This document shows positions 34,801 to 47,659 of a stretch of 64,000 bases of DNA, piece after piece. The stretch's first letter is position 1. Each line of letters starts with the position of its first letter. The notes below the pieces were generated by a model. That model saw nothing but the letters and a program-made list of their open reading frames with translations, did not search any database and was not told the DNA's origin. This DNA comes from Anthoceros angustus (Eukaryota; Plantae; Anthocerotophyta). The position numbers were made by a program, and so were the translations under genes. Where the stretch lies: the NCBI GenBank assembly GCA_010909165.1, contig MU008163.1, positions 1,550,001 to 1,614,000 of the forward strand, in the 5' to 3' direction.

Positions 34801-36094
34801 CATCTTGCCCCTCCCTCGATCCTTCCGGTGGCCCCTCAATCGCCGGGGTGAGGCAGACCTCCAGGCAGGAGCTCCAGCGTGGTAGTAGGCGGTCCAGTCG
34901 ACTTCGGATGGCTTCCTCCACATGGGCCTCATTGGGTCTGGCCGAGTCTCTCGAGGCGGCCAAGGCGCCTCGCCACTCGCAGCCTTTCGCTACTGTGCTC
35001 CTCCTCCCGTCGTTTTGCACAGCCATCTTGGCCATGACGTTCCCCCTTCCGCCTTCGCAACGGACGGCTTTTGCTCCTCTCTCGGGCGCCTCCCCCATTC
35101 ATCCTTGCAGAGGACCACCATCTCCCTTTCTAGGCGGTTCGGCCCGACTCCGCGCTCAGCTTCCTCCAAATCCTTCTCCATCTCGTGATGTCTGCTCCTT
35201 ATTTCGCGCAATTTCCTCCGCCTCCAACAGTGGAGCCGCTCTATCTCCCTTCGTGGTCCTCGATTCTTCCTTGAGGTCCCCATTCCCTCCGTTACAGGAG
35301 CTCCCCAGGTCTCATGCGGTCCCCTCCACTCCCGCCGCTCCTCCATTTGCGGTGTGCCCAGATCTTCCATCTCCCGGTGGTGGCCTCCTCTTTTCTTCCT
35401 GACTTGCCGTGCTTGCTCCTTGCTGACCTTCAGTTGGCTCGGCTACTCCGCCGCCTCCCCCAGGTTCCGATCCTGTAGTGGTCCCTATCCGTCTTGATTT
35501 GAGCCCTCCCTCCGCCCCTTCACAGGCCTCCCAAGCTTGGTGTTGTTCTAGGCGGTCTCAGCCAGTCCTTGGCCCCTCTCCGCCCTTCTCGCCTCCTGCC
35601 TCTTCTTGGGCCCTTCTCTCCGCCTACAAAGTTCCTCTGCCTTTGCTTGTGCCTCTGCCGTTCTTGTTCACAAATAAGCACCTAGTCTGTCTTGGTGGGC
35701 GGACTGGCCTCGGTCGGCCGCGGTGCTTCTCCTCCTCGACTGTAGCGAGGGTCTCCGCCTTTCTCCTGGCCGCTTGGGCCGCCTCCGCCTAGCCTTGAAG
35801 CTCCACCATGCGTCATCTGGTGGCCTCCACTTCCTGGGCCTTCTCTGCCGTTCCGCAGAGACCCCAAAGTACTCCGTCCATGATGGCTGCGAGCACTCTC
35901 CTGGTCTCTTCCACGGCCAGCGCTGGGGAGATACACGTGAAGTCCGCCGCGGGCTCGGGTACCGCCCGGTTCGTTAAGGACCTCCAAACCGCAGTCCGGA
36001 GGGAGGCCGGACTAGGGACTCGGGACCCAATCAGGACCCTCAGGTCCTGAGTGTTCTGGTCCGGGGCTTCCACCTCCTTAGCCCTCTTGGCTGC

Positions 36095-39000
36095 TGTGGT
36101 GACCACATGGGTACTCAGACCCCCCTCGAAAAGGAGTGTTTTTTTTGTTTTGTGTTTAAGTTGTGAGAATCGTGTGGAGTTGGGATGTGAAGTAGGTTAG
36201 GAAATAAGAAAAGTCTACTAGAGCCTAGTAGGGGAAGAGAGTCTAGTCACGATCTGGGCGGAACCTTGGAGGGTTGGCTGCTCGGCGGTTGCTAACGCGG
36301 TGCTAGGGCTAAGCAGACTGACTATGGCAGCGACAAAGCTGTTGCTATGGTAGCAACCAAGTCGGAGTTATTTTCCGATAAATGGAAAACCTATTTGAGT
36401 GAAATCACAGGAAATACCAACGGAAGTAACGCGGGTCCTATTTCCAGTGGAAGAGACAAGGAATATTTGCGGTGAGAGGCGGGCGGCGCCACACCTCAAG
36501 TCGGAGCGTGGCCGTGGACGGAGGGAGGAAAGCAGGCGGGCGTCAGCGGGAGTCACGGCGGCGCCTCGAGAGAGAATCGGGTGGGATGGCGGTCAGGCGG
36601 ATCGGCGGTGGGCGGTGAGTGGGCCGTGGCCCCAGGCAGGCGGAGCGAAGGGCGGTGGAGGAGCTCGGAAGTGCGGCGTGGGCGTGGGAAGCAAGCGAGG
36701 CTGCAAATTACGCCCAATGGCGGGTGGGGAGTAATCGGGCCGTGTAGCTCTGGAGAAGACTAGGCGGGCGGCGTATGCGGGTGCCGCAGGAGCTAAGGAG
36801 GCAAGTCGGATAGGCCGGTGAAGGGGCCAGGCTGCAGGAAAAGGGCGTGTGCAGGTGTCGAATGGTGGCACCACAGGGAGGTCGCGGACAAGGGCAAGAC
36901 AAGGCGCACCAGTCCGTCTAGTGGTTGCAGGATACATCCTCCAAGTCTGCAGGTACACCAGCCTCACACAACCGAGGTAGGCCGAGCCGAGGCAGGCGGT
37001 GTATTGGCGTGAGGATAAGAACGGGGTTTCAATTCCGGAGGGTCGGGGTCTTTGAGTCGGGACCGAAAAGCGGGGGGGAAGATAGGGTGTGAATAAATTG
37101 AGTTGTGGCTTCCAAGTCGGAGTGAATCGGGAGGACACCCTTGCCATCGTGAAGTTGGAAGCGAGTGTTTCCAGGATCCTCGGTCAACAGCTAAGCGGAA
37201 ATTTCGGATGGGAAGTCGGCCACAGGGAGGCGATACGAGCATGGGGCAGGAATCTTGAAGTGGGAAGTGCGGTGGTGCATCGCGATGGCGGGACTCCTTA
37301 CTGTGGCTCGAGCCACGTCACGGTCGGAAGCATGGCCCCTAAGAAGACCACTCCGGTGGCCATTGAGGCCATTACCACTCAATGGCCCAACATGGGGCCT
37401 TTGGAGAGTGGCGGGGTCTTTGGTGGCTAAGCATCACTTGTCCTTCATGGACAAAAGTGGTGCTACAATAGCCCGTCGTTGGTTTGGGAGTGTGCAGGGC
37501 ACATGAGGGAGAAGGCCACAGGGGAAGGCAACACGAGAACCAACCCCCGCAGCTGGAATATTCAGTTGTTCCAGGCTGTCTATGAGAGGCCTGAAGAGGA
37601 ATGTGGCGGAATAATCATTGATCCTTTCAGGAAGCCATCTCCCCAAAAGTCAGGAGGCACAAGCGCCATTGCTCCCACATTGTCTAGGGTGGAGAATGGT
37701 GGGTCACCAACAAGTTAGACCCGAAATGGCCGGATTAGCCAAGTGGATCCTGTGCTCTCGGCTCACTAAGAAGCTAGAGCACATTCTTGACCATTTTCTT
37801 GTCTTTCTCTATGAGGTGGTGAGAGGGTCCAAGATAGATTGGGCTAGGATGTTCTATGACACCTGTGCGAGAGGGACCACTTGACCCTACCATCACCCAG
37901 TCCCTCAGCTCTATCTCCTTCTTAATCCACGTTTTGACCATGCCAAGTTCTTTGGAGGGATAGAGATGGTCTCGACCTTCCATGCCCGGAGGCCGGTGTT
38001 TGAAAGAAGGAAGCCCAAAGAGGAGTCGGAGGAAGAGGCCATCTCCGGTGCAGGGAGTGAAGATGAGAAGTCAAGTGTCCATGAAGAGGAATGTGGCGGT
38101 TGCTAAGGTGTCGGCGGTTGCTAACAAAGCAACTGGAGTTGCTAAGACTCCAACAGGCACCAAGAGAGGTCAGGCTGAGCAACAGGGGACTCCAACCACT
38201 CCTAGAGCCACAAGAGCACGACCGGAACTCACCCGGACAGGTGACAAGGAAAGGCGGGCGGCACAGTTCAGAGCCGTGGCGGGAAGCCACAGGTCAACAG
38301 GAGGAATCAGCCCAACCTTTGGGCACGGCCGAGCTGACCCGAGAAAGTCACTACCTGTTCAAGGGGGTGACCCTCAAGTATACCCCGGAAGTGGTCGCAG
38401 GGGAGAGTCAGTTGCGCCAGATAGGAAGGAGGGAACCCATCCCCAGTAGGGTTTGGGGGCCTAACATCACCCTACAAGAGCTGGTCTCAGCTATGGCACG
38501 CACTAGGGGTGAGATGGAGGACCAGATAGCTCTGGTCCTCTCTTTGTTAGGTTTCTGAGCGGGGGAACAGGGGGCGGCTAAAGGAGCTCCAGGGAATGAA
38601 GCAGGAGAAGGAGGTCTTGGAGGGACGCCTAGGTAGCATGGAAGCGGAATTAAGGAAGGTCCAGAAGAGTTGCGGCGGAAGACCAAGGATCGAAACCCTC
38701 ATGGTTCGCTCTCGGACGCACAAAGCACCATAGGGGAGCCGCAGAATGTCATCTCGGATCATGAGTTCGGGCCGAAACGGATGCCCTGGCGCTACAAGAA
38801 GGAGAGGGACGAGGCAAGGAAAGGTGGAAAGAGGCCAAGAGGGCCGGGATTGCAAGGAGAGCCAAGTGGAAGATGCGGAGCCTCCATGGAAGAATCATTC
38901 TTGAGTTAGCGAGAGGAGGTTGCTAAGCAAGCAAGCAAGCCGCTAAGGAAGCAACAACTCCCTGCTAAGGGAGCAACAGCTCCAAGACGAGCTACAACAA

Positions 39001-40883
39001 GGAAGAAGGGGCAATAAGACCTGTGAGGAGGACAAGCAGGCCGGGGGCGGGTAAGCACCGCCTAAGAAGTCTAACTTCCCAATGGTGCATTAGATTGAGG
39101 ATGCTTATCAAGATAACCATGTGCCCGGATTCTCCTTGGCGGAGAGAAGATTGTCTCCAAAGTTTATGTTGTTGTGGGCACAGGGGGACATGGAGGTACT
39201 TGATCCATGCCTTGGCAGCCTTTGGATCCTACCTATGGGTTGGATTCTTAAGGAGGAAACTCTCGGCCGACCCATCCGAGATTCAAGAGCTCACCGAGGA
39301 GGAGTACTGGACTATGCGGCGAGCACAAGAGAGAGGAGTCCAGCTCGAGGAGGTAGAGATTTTATGGGAGAGATTGCCCAACCAGCCAAGAGGGAGGAGA
39401 GCAAGAGGAGAACATGGGGCTAGGCGGCCTAGGAGGCCCAGAGGTAATAGGGGTAAGTGGCCACTGAAATAGCTAAAGGCCCATGTGTTATAGACTGTAA
39501 ATCTTATCCTCTCTCATAGTGGACAGAATTGATAGATAGACCTCTAGGATTGGTAGGCTAAGACTGATTGGTATTTTTGGCAAGCAGCCAAGCTGCTTTT
39601 GTGGGCTGATCTTGGGTATAAGAGGCAGCCCCCCTTGATGAAATGTAAGCAATGTTGGCCTAAGTCTCGGTGTTTGGGGCTGAGTACGGGGTTTGGGAGG
39701 GTTCGGATCCGGTCTTTGTAAGCCTGGGCCTGTTCCTCTGCAAGACTACCAAGTTGCCCGGATCTGTGGCGGATCCATGAGTGGTGGAAAGCAAGGGGAG
39801 AGAGCCTTGTGATCTCCTTGGAGGGAGTTCTCAAGGTCAAGAGGAAGGGGGTCGGGAAGCCGGGGAGGTTGTCCCTCCTTTTACTCATTCTCTGCAGTTT
39901 GTCTAGTACTCACCTTGTGTTTGAGTTTTCAGAGTGTCGAAGGTCGCAGGAGAAAAGAAGACAAGGCGGGAGCCGGTGTGTGGAGGAGGAAGTCAAGTGA
40001 GTGGGGCTGTGGGCTTGTGGGTTGGAAAATGAGAGGAAAAGTGAGCCGTAAGAGAAGTGGAGAATCTTTGGACATGGAGAGTTGCTGATTGGCTGTTTGA
40101 GAGGAGTAAGAAGGACTGGAGAAGTCTGTAAGTGATGGTTGTGTTCTGAAGAGAGAGAGAGTGGAGGTTGAAGATCCGTGAGTGGATGAGAGGAATGATT
40201 GCGAGAGATAGCTGAACAAGCATTTTGAGAGTTGGGGAAGTGCTGTAAGGGCCTGGATGAGAATCTTGTAAGGACTGGGAAGTGTTGTGAGCTGTGGAAG
40301 TGGAGGTCGAATGGGGCAGTGAGGAGTGAGAACAAGGAGGGTTGAGGAGAGTTGCTGGGGAACTTGGAGAGGGTGATGAAAACCTGGAGGTGTTGGTATG
40401 GGGTTCGGAAGGTGAGCTGAAAGGCCAGAGAGGGGGCAAGGAAGTCTGAAGAAGTGCTGCAAGAGTGAGAGGAGGAGGGGGAGTTATGAGAGCAGTAATC
40501 CTGATTGGTGGATCTAACTTTGTGGATGAGTAAGAGAGAGAGAGAGAGAGAGGTCAGCCTTATCCACTTGGATCCCGACTGGGACCCACCTATTAATAGC
40601 CGACTGATCCCAAGGTGGACCCCCTCTGCTAGAAATAGAGGCGGTTGCTAAGTTAGCAAGTCATCCGTTCGGGGTGGCATCAGTGGCTAAGATAGCCACA
40701 GTGTCCGAGTGTTGTTAGGTAGTAGCATGCATGCGCTAGATGTTTGGTGTGTCATGTTTGGTTGGATTGGCTATGTTTTGGTTGTCTTGACACGAAATCA
40801 CTCCCTTGGGTGAATCTCAAGTCTACAACGATAAAGAGGGTAAATGTGGCCTCTTTGTGACCATAGTTTAGAAAATCACTCCA
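36095..40883 (+). mobile_element. Nested insertion B2 (about 4.8 kb), relative of B1, inside A2
   Basis: Starts TGTGGTGACCACATG (B1: TGTGGAAGACCACATG); ends after GAGGGTAAATGTGGCCTCTTTG as B1 does. ORF remnant GLAKWILCSRLTKKLEHILDHFLVFLYEVVRGSKIDWARMF (about 37730-37855). Removal restores A2 EKELAAKRAKE; TSD degenerate. Confidence 0.7.
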
Positions 40884-43279
40884 TTGCTAACTCCTTCTCC
40901 GCCCGCCTTCTCTTGGGGTCAGGAGGTGGTGAGGGGGTCGGGAGGCTGGCTCGCTTAACCCTCTGGTTGGTGGCAGGGGCCAGACTCGGGGTGGGGTTCT
41001 TGCCGGTGTCCCCAGCTCCTGGGCGTATCTCGCTCCGCCCTCCTCTCTGCCTCCTCTGCTTCCTGCCACTCCGTCGGCAATGGCAGAGGGACCGGAGCGG
41101 TCCTGGGGGCTGTGGTGGTGGAGGCCGTCTTCCTCTTCTTTACCTCCCTGTGGAGTGTAACCTTGTGTCCAAGGACACCATGAGGTCCACATTTACCCTC
41201 AATGTCGTTGTAGTCTTGGGATTCGCTCCCAAGGGAATGATTTGTGCCAAGAGACGCTACTTCTATCATTACTGACCCTCACCTAAGTTAGGACTTTTCC
41301 TGCTATTCCTCCTCTTACCTAGCTATTCGTCTAGCCTACCTCCCGGCTACCCCAGACCTTACTTCCCGACCCCGGATCTTGTCCCCCAACTGTCGTTCTT
41401 GATCTACTACCGCGATGCCCCTTCCCCTACCGGGTAGTTGCTTCGGCTACCGAGGTGGGTCCCACGCCGAACCCTAGCGACCTACTTTCGGCGCATGGCG
41501 CCGAGAGTAGGTCCAGGTCCCTCTCAACTTCTTTCACACACACACAAAGGGGCCGCCTTCACACAATTCTGGAAGGAATGATATTTCCTCTTGTGCTCAC
41601 CTTCACGAACAGCACCATTTTGAGATCCTCTCTGATCTGCGCAATTTCCACTGTTAGTCACTCAGTTAGTTCTCCAGGCTTTTAGAGCGGACCGTTTTGT
41701 TGGCCACCGCTAACATCTTCCGGGCATATTTCCGGACCAGGGCCACGCTGTCGAAGGTCCGCCTGGAAAATGTCTAGGTGCCAGTCTTGCACCAACTCCT
41801 CCGCCTCCGTCAGCCAAAGTCCGAAATCTGGGTAGCGCTTTGTGACAATGTTCTTCTCCACCAGGCGCCACGGCTCCCAGACCTCCGCCGTCTTCTTAGG
41901 TCCCATACCCTTGCGCTAGTTGGTGTGCTGTTGTGTGGTGGTGGGCGCCAAGACTTCTGCTAAGTTCCGCCGCAAAGAGCGCTCGGTTCGGAGGCGATGG
42001 CCGCTCGTTGCCGAGAGACGCCAAGAGCAAGGTGCACAGCGACGGCTGAGCGAAGTTGGTCGAGAGAATGGCCTTCTCTCAACGCCAGAACGTCGGGAGT
42101 AACCGAAGCGCGGGAGGGCGTCCTTTCGCTGCCCGTAACTGTCAGAGTCTTGCATTGCTTACTCTAGCTTTACGCTGCCGTCGCCGCTGCTTGCGTACTC
42201 TGGCCTTACTCTGGCGCATGTACACAGGCGTGTTACACCATGCTGACCACGCAACTCGTCTACAGTCCCATGCATGCTGTCCCCTCTCGGCCCACGTGGC
42301 ACTCCTTGCCAAAATCGCTCCCGTTAAAGTTACCTTTCTGGCGTGCCATGCGACTTACTCCAAAGTGGAGTCCGGACTCACCCCGGTCTACTCCGGAGTG
42401 CGGTCCGTAGTCCCTCAGGCCGCTCCGAAGTGCGGTCCGGAGTCACCCTGTCTACTCCGGAGTGAGGTCCGGAGTGCCCCTGTCCTTAAGCGTTTCGATC
42501 GATCGTTCCCTTCTTACCCGTTCCGGTCTTATTTCCCTTTCTCATCTTATTTCTCACTCCACACTAACAAAAAAACAAAAAAACTAGCTCATTACCTTCT
42601 AAGGGGGAGAGCTTACGGTCCACACATGTGCACAATCTCCCACACACATTGATGGTGAGAAGACTAAGCTAGAGCAAGAGCAAATGATCGAAGCTGCCAG
42701 AAGACTGAAGACAATGATTCCCTTGGAGATCACCAAAGCAGAGGTAGGAGACACACCTTGGTTTGTATCATTCCCGGAGGACCAAAGTGCTGGCAAGAGG
42801 AGGCTGACAAAGGAAGAGTGTAGAAGCTTGATGGAGAAGGTATTCCCTGTTGAGGACCGTGAGCATGACTACTATTACGAATATAAGATCACCAAAGACA
42901 ACTATGAGGCTATGTAGGGAAAAGAGACTAGGATTTTGCTACGAGCTACAATGGTACCAGTCTCCAGTACTCCCTCTACAGCTACAACGCTTGACAACAT
43001 ACCTGAAGATGGTAACGACAAAACTGGGGAGCCGACGCTTAAATGTAAGTGATGCTTCATCCACTCATCCCTCCAGCACTACCTGTCTGCAGCAGAATTA
43101 GCCTCATCCTGTTCTAACAAAGGTTTGCCCTTCTCCATCCATTCTGGATGAAACCAGGAAAGTGGGAGCTCTCCTGAACAAGAGAGGCAGGTTACCTGAA
43201 CAAGTGAGGACTAGTACTCTGCTAGGCAGTACCTCTAGTGTGCTTTTCCTTTGATTGTACCAGCAGGGATGAAGCAAAG

Positions 43280-44137
43280 TCCTGCTGCCGCCAAGTGCTT
43301 CTGATGTAGGGGCTTAGGTAAAGCCTTAGTTAGGATATCCACTGTGTTGTCCCCAGTAGGAATATATTGGACAACTACTTCCCTTGTGTCTACCGCCTAC
43401 CGTATGAAATGGTGGGTAATCTCTATATGTTTGCTCCTTGCATGAACCGGATTTTTCGAAAGAGCAATGGCCAATTAATTGTCACACCAAAGCTTGGTTG
43501 GGTCTGGCCCAAGCTATTGCAGCCCTCTCAAGAAGGAACGAATCCAGATTATCTCCCTCGCAACCTATGACAAAGCTCCATATTCTGCTTCAGTTCAAGA
43601 TAAGCAATGGTTGTCAACTTCTTGCTGCTCCAGGAAATCACAGAATCACCTAACAAGTTGCAGTAGGCAGCAACACTATGCCGATTATCAGGGTCACCAG
43701 CCCAGTCTGCATCGCAAAAAGAACTAAGCTGCAAGCCTCCAGGTTGAGCCTGATACCGAAGCCCATACCTGGATGTTCCCTTCAAGTATCTAAAGATACA
43801 TTTCACTGCTGTCTAGTGTGCCTCGCCAGGATTCTCCAAGAATTGTGAGACGTTACTAACAGCACGAGAAATATCAAGTCTAGTCGAAGCAGCTAAATAG
43901 ATAAGACAGCCTATTACCTGCCTGTAAGGTCTCTTGGACATGAGCTCTTTCTCATCATCTGTGGTGGGGCACTACTCTTTAGACAGTTTCTCCCTTGTCG
44001 ACATAGGGGTAGATACTGGCTTGCAGTCCTCCATGTTGAATCTCTTTAGGAGTTGTTCAACGAAGTGTTCTTGGTGAATATCAATGATGTAGCCAGAGTC
44101 CTGGAAATGAAACTGAATCCCAAGTGAGAAAGACAGT
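43280..44137 (-). pseudogene. Copia RT C-terminus and RNase H
   Basis: LGIQ..HFVEQLLKRFNMEDCKPVSTPM; TRLDIS..; FCDADWAGDPDNRHS; S*TEAEY; DNTVDILTKAL; contains stop codons. Confidence 0.9.
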
Positions 44138-47100
44138 TGTGGAAGACCACATGTACACTAACTCCTCTCTGAAGTGTCGGGATGAACGATTTTTTTTTGT
44201 TTTGGGAGTGTTTGTATAGCAAAGTGCTTTGAGAATCGCCTGGGTAAGGTCTTTTATACGAGAACGGTCCTTGGCCCTTGGGATAATAATTTTCTTTTTT
44301 GGACCTTAGGTTTTCGACCCCGGATAGGTAGGTCGGAAATGGAGTCCTTGGGTTTTGGTAATGGTAGAAATAAGAAAGTGTCTATATATGCTAGAGGTGC
44401 CTACATCACCCACGATTCTTGTGATCAAGCGGGAGGTGGCAGTTCCACCACGGTGGCGAATAGCAGGGGCGTCTGAGGCCGGGAGTTTACAACCCTAGTG
44501 GCGGAGGCGGGGGCAGTCGGGGCGGCAGGAGCGGAGACACCCCAGCCTGCAGTCGCCTTCGGGCCGGGGCGTCGGAGGCGGGCTGCAGCAAAGGCGCGCA
44601 TGCGCGCACGGGAGACTCTGTTTTGTGCGGTAGGGGCCGTGTCGGTCAGTCGGAGCAGCGGTGGCGGAGGAAGGAAACCGCGCGTGGCAGCGAAGGAGGA
44701 AAGGCAGGCGGGGCGCCCGAGGAGCGGAGAGCGTGCAAGGGTGGTGTTCCCTCTTCGACCAGCGTCTGGTGGGTCGAGATTTCTTTTGGGAAACAAGGAG
44801 AAAGGGAGATGGCGCCCAGCTGCGGCGAAATCCCCACCATCGGTGGCCCAACATGGACCCTTTGGAAGGTGGCTGGCTGGTCAGGAGTTGGGAATTTATG
44901 GAGAAGAAATGGTGTTCTGACATGACATTGGTGCAAGAGTCGCCCGGCAATTGAGAACCAAGTTGCAAGAAGGCGAGGAAGAGGCCGGGATTTGGGGCTC
45001 TTTCGGCGATGTATCGAGAAGCATCGGAGGATGGAAGCTTGGTAATTGACCCCGGAGAAAGACCACGAGGCTGCGGCCGCGCTCATGAAACTGGAAGTGA
45101 GGGTGAACAATGGGTGGGTGACTCGCCAACTCGTGTCTGCGCAGCTGGTGGGATTGGCCAAGTGGATTCTGTGCTTTCTACAGAACAGGAAGTTGGATCA
45201 TATGGCAGACCACTTCCTGGTCTTCCTTCATGAGGTGGTTAAAGGTACACAAATTGATTGGGGGCGGATGATCTTTGAGAGAGCCTGTGAGGAGAGGGCG
45301 AATTTGCTCTCCCCTTCCCCTCGGCCCTCCTTGATTTCACCTTTTCTAATTCATGTATTCGCGCATTCCGGGTGTCTAACGGAGTTGAAGTCGGTTCCGC
45401 CTTCATAGCCGGAAACCGCGGAACTCAGAGGAGGAGGAGTGTAAGGAGGATTCCGGGAAGGATTCTAGCAGTTGGGAATGCGCCTCCCTAGAAGATTCGG
45501 ATGAAGGTGGGGAGGTTTCCAAGGGCAAGAAGCGAGGGCGACGGCCGAACGGGTCAAGGGAAGGACACCAGCAGAAGAGGAACCCAGCTACACCTAGGGT
45601 CACCAGGTCGAAATCAGCAGGAACGCGGGTGAAGGAGGAGAAAATAAAGGAAGCGACAAGTTGTGCCTCTCAGTGGGGAGGAGTCGCTAGGAGAGATTGG
45701 AGGAAGTAGTGGCAAACCAACCCCTAGAAGAAGAGGGGTTAGTTTCGATAGCCAAGTCCGCAGAGTCTGAATTTTTGGCGACATTTCACCGACCACCGGC
45801 CGAAGTGGGCAGTGACACCACCACAAGCAGAATTGCTCATGGGAGGAATGGGCACGGGGCAGCCACTGGGAATCTACAGCCCCGACTGGCCATGGCCTGA
45901 GGACGCAGGCGATCTCCATGCATGCCCATGGCCTTTCACCTGTGAGGCAGGTCAGAGGGAAAGTTGGAGAGCCTAGAAGGCGAGAGATGGGGCCGAGTCA
46001 AGAGAGAGGCCAAACCAAGAAGGGCAGAGCCACGAACCAGAGTCAAGCCACCACCGTGGGGAAGACCACCACGGTGGCTAAACCGCCACCGCGAAGGAGG
46101 AACCGAGGTGGGGAAGTCACCATGTGAGCGCCGCAGTGGGGATACGGCCCCCGAAACCCAAGGCGCCCAGATTGTCCACGGAGGAGAGGTAAGGACCTCT
46201 ATATCGGAAGGCGTATTGTGCTGCGGCGTCACGGATGAGGATGCTCATGTCCCCGGCTTCCGCCGCATGGTGAGCGTGCTCACTCTAAATGTGTATGTGG
46301 TTGTTGGGACAGAGGGGCGTAAACTATTGGTCAGACATCTTGACCGCCACGCTACTGCTGGTTCTTCCGAACGGAGCGGGGCCTACCCCCAAGTGGTGAT
46401 CGAGGAAATGGCGGAGGCAGGCGTGGAGGGAGGAGCACGGTGCCCAAATGATGAGAGCGGAATAACGCATAGGGCCTATAGACGCGCGACGCCCATGGGA
46501 AGACGCGAAGAAACTGCGGGCAGTGACTGCGAGGTGGAGGTTTTGGGGGAGAATCGCTCGGATCGGGCGTGGCGGAGGCAGGCGTGGAGAGCGACGGAAC
46601 CCCACCGCCGCAGTGGCTAGGCAAAGAATCGTGACGCGCCGCTGATTTTAGAGGGCGACATTGCAGGCCAAGAGTTCCTTTTGGGGTTAGAGGATAGGGT
46701 GTTTTGAGGGTTCATGAGTCGAGTTACCGGAATTGGTAGGGCGTCGTGGTAGGTCATATTTTCTAGACACTGAGGAGTGAGCTGGAGATCCATACCGAAT
46801 GTATAAGAGACCCTTGAGTGTCTCTCGATAATTTCGTGTGAACTTCCGTGTGTTGAAGCTATGCGAGGTTGGTTGGAGACGCCCGATCGACATCAAACTC
46901 GTTCGATGCACCGCTCATCACAAGAAGGCCGGGAAGATCACTGGATGGTCGAGGCGGGTGGCCAAGCTCCACGCCTGGGTGACTAAGGTAATCGACGCGA
47001 AAAGAGGTAGGAATTGCCGCGGAAGGCTAAGGCGGGACTGCCGGAAGGCGAATCGCCAAGCACTGTCCGGGGTTTTCTTTCCTGATCCTCTTTCCCAACT

Positions 47101-47659
47101 ACTGCCACCCGGCGTGTTTTATTCCATGAGTGGGGGTCTGTGTGGCCCAAGAGGGGTCTGTGTGGCCCAAGAGGGGTCTGTGTGGCCCAAGGAGGGGTCT
47201 GTGTGGCCCGTGAGGAGAGGGAGAGAGGATTTATTAGGAAGGGAAAGGTCCCCGAAAGGGTGGATGAGTGCGTGTGAGGATTGTGAGTGCGTGAGGGAAA
47301 ATCGGAAATGAGTAAGGAGAGGGGTGTGCGGTGGAATCATGGAAATTCACAAGTAAAGTGAGGCGTGTATAAGTGTGTGTATGTCCATAGCCCCAAGGTC
47401 TCCGAGGGTGACAAATAGCCCCTGACTGTGGCGTGCGGACCCACCACGTGGTTGAACCCGAACGCGGTGGCCGAGTCTTCCACTATGGGTAAAGTGGTCA
47501 ATAAGGTGGGGTAGTGATCGATGGGGTAAGTCTAGAATCCATAGTTTTAGAACATCTTGACACAAAACCATTCCTTTGGGATCGAATCCTAGGACTATAA
47601 CGACATAGAGGGTAAATGTGGCCTCTTTGCGTCACCAGATGCAAAAACCCCATTCCACA
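44138..47659 (+). mobile_element. Nested insertion B1 (3522 bp), TGTGGAA...TTCCACA, 5-bp TSD ACAGT
   Basis: ACAGT at 44133-44137 and 47660-47664 (again at 49537-49541 in the duplicate); removal restores RT DLGQLSFSLGIQ. 7-bp terminal inverted repeat; ORF remnant with KLDHMADHFLVFLHEVVKGTQIDWGRMIF (45046-45408); TATAAG at 47368. Confidence 0.85.

Larger units (their letters stand above)
30660..42624 (-). mobile_element. Nested insertion A2, inverted relative of A1, itself interrupted by B2 and by internal tandem duplicates
   Basis: 30660 TGTGGCGCGAC is the reverse complement of the A1 right end. The end at 42624 (GGTCCACA) resembles the A1 left end. MGPKKTAEVWEPWRLVEKNIV (41682-41906) and coiled-coil pieces (31949-35370) match A1. 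Flanks share CATGTG (imperfect TSD). Confidence 0.72.

Noticed and set aside
36100-36112. CCACA/TG at 36107-36108 as an element boundary
   Set aside because: No TSD. Comparison with B1 shows the true start is TGTGG at 36095 and that GACCACATG is internal.
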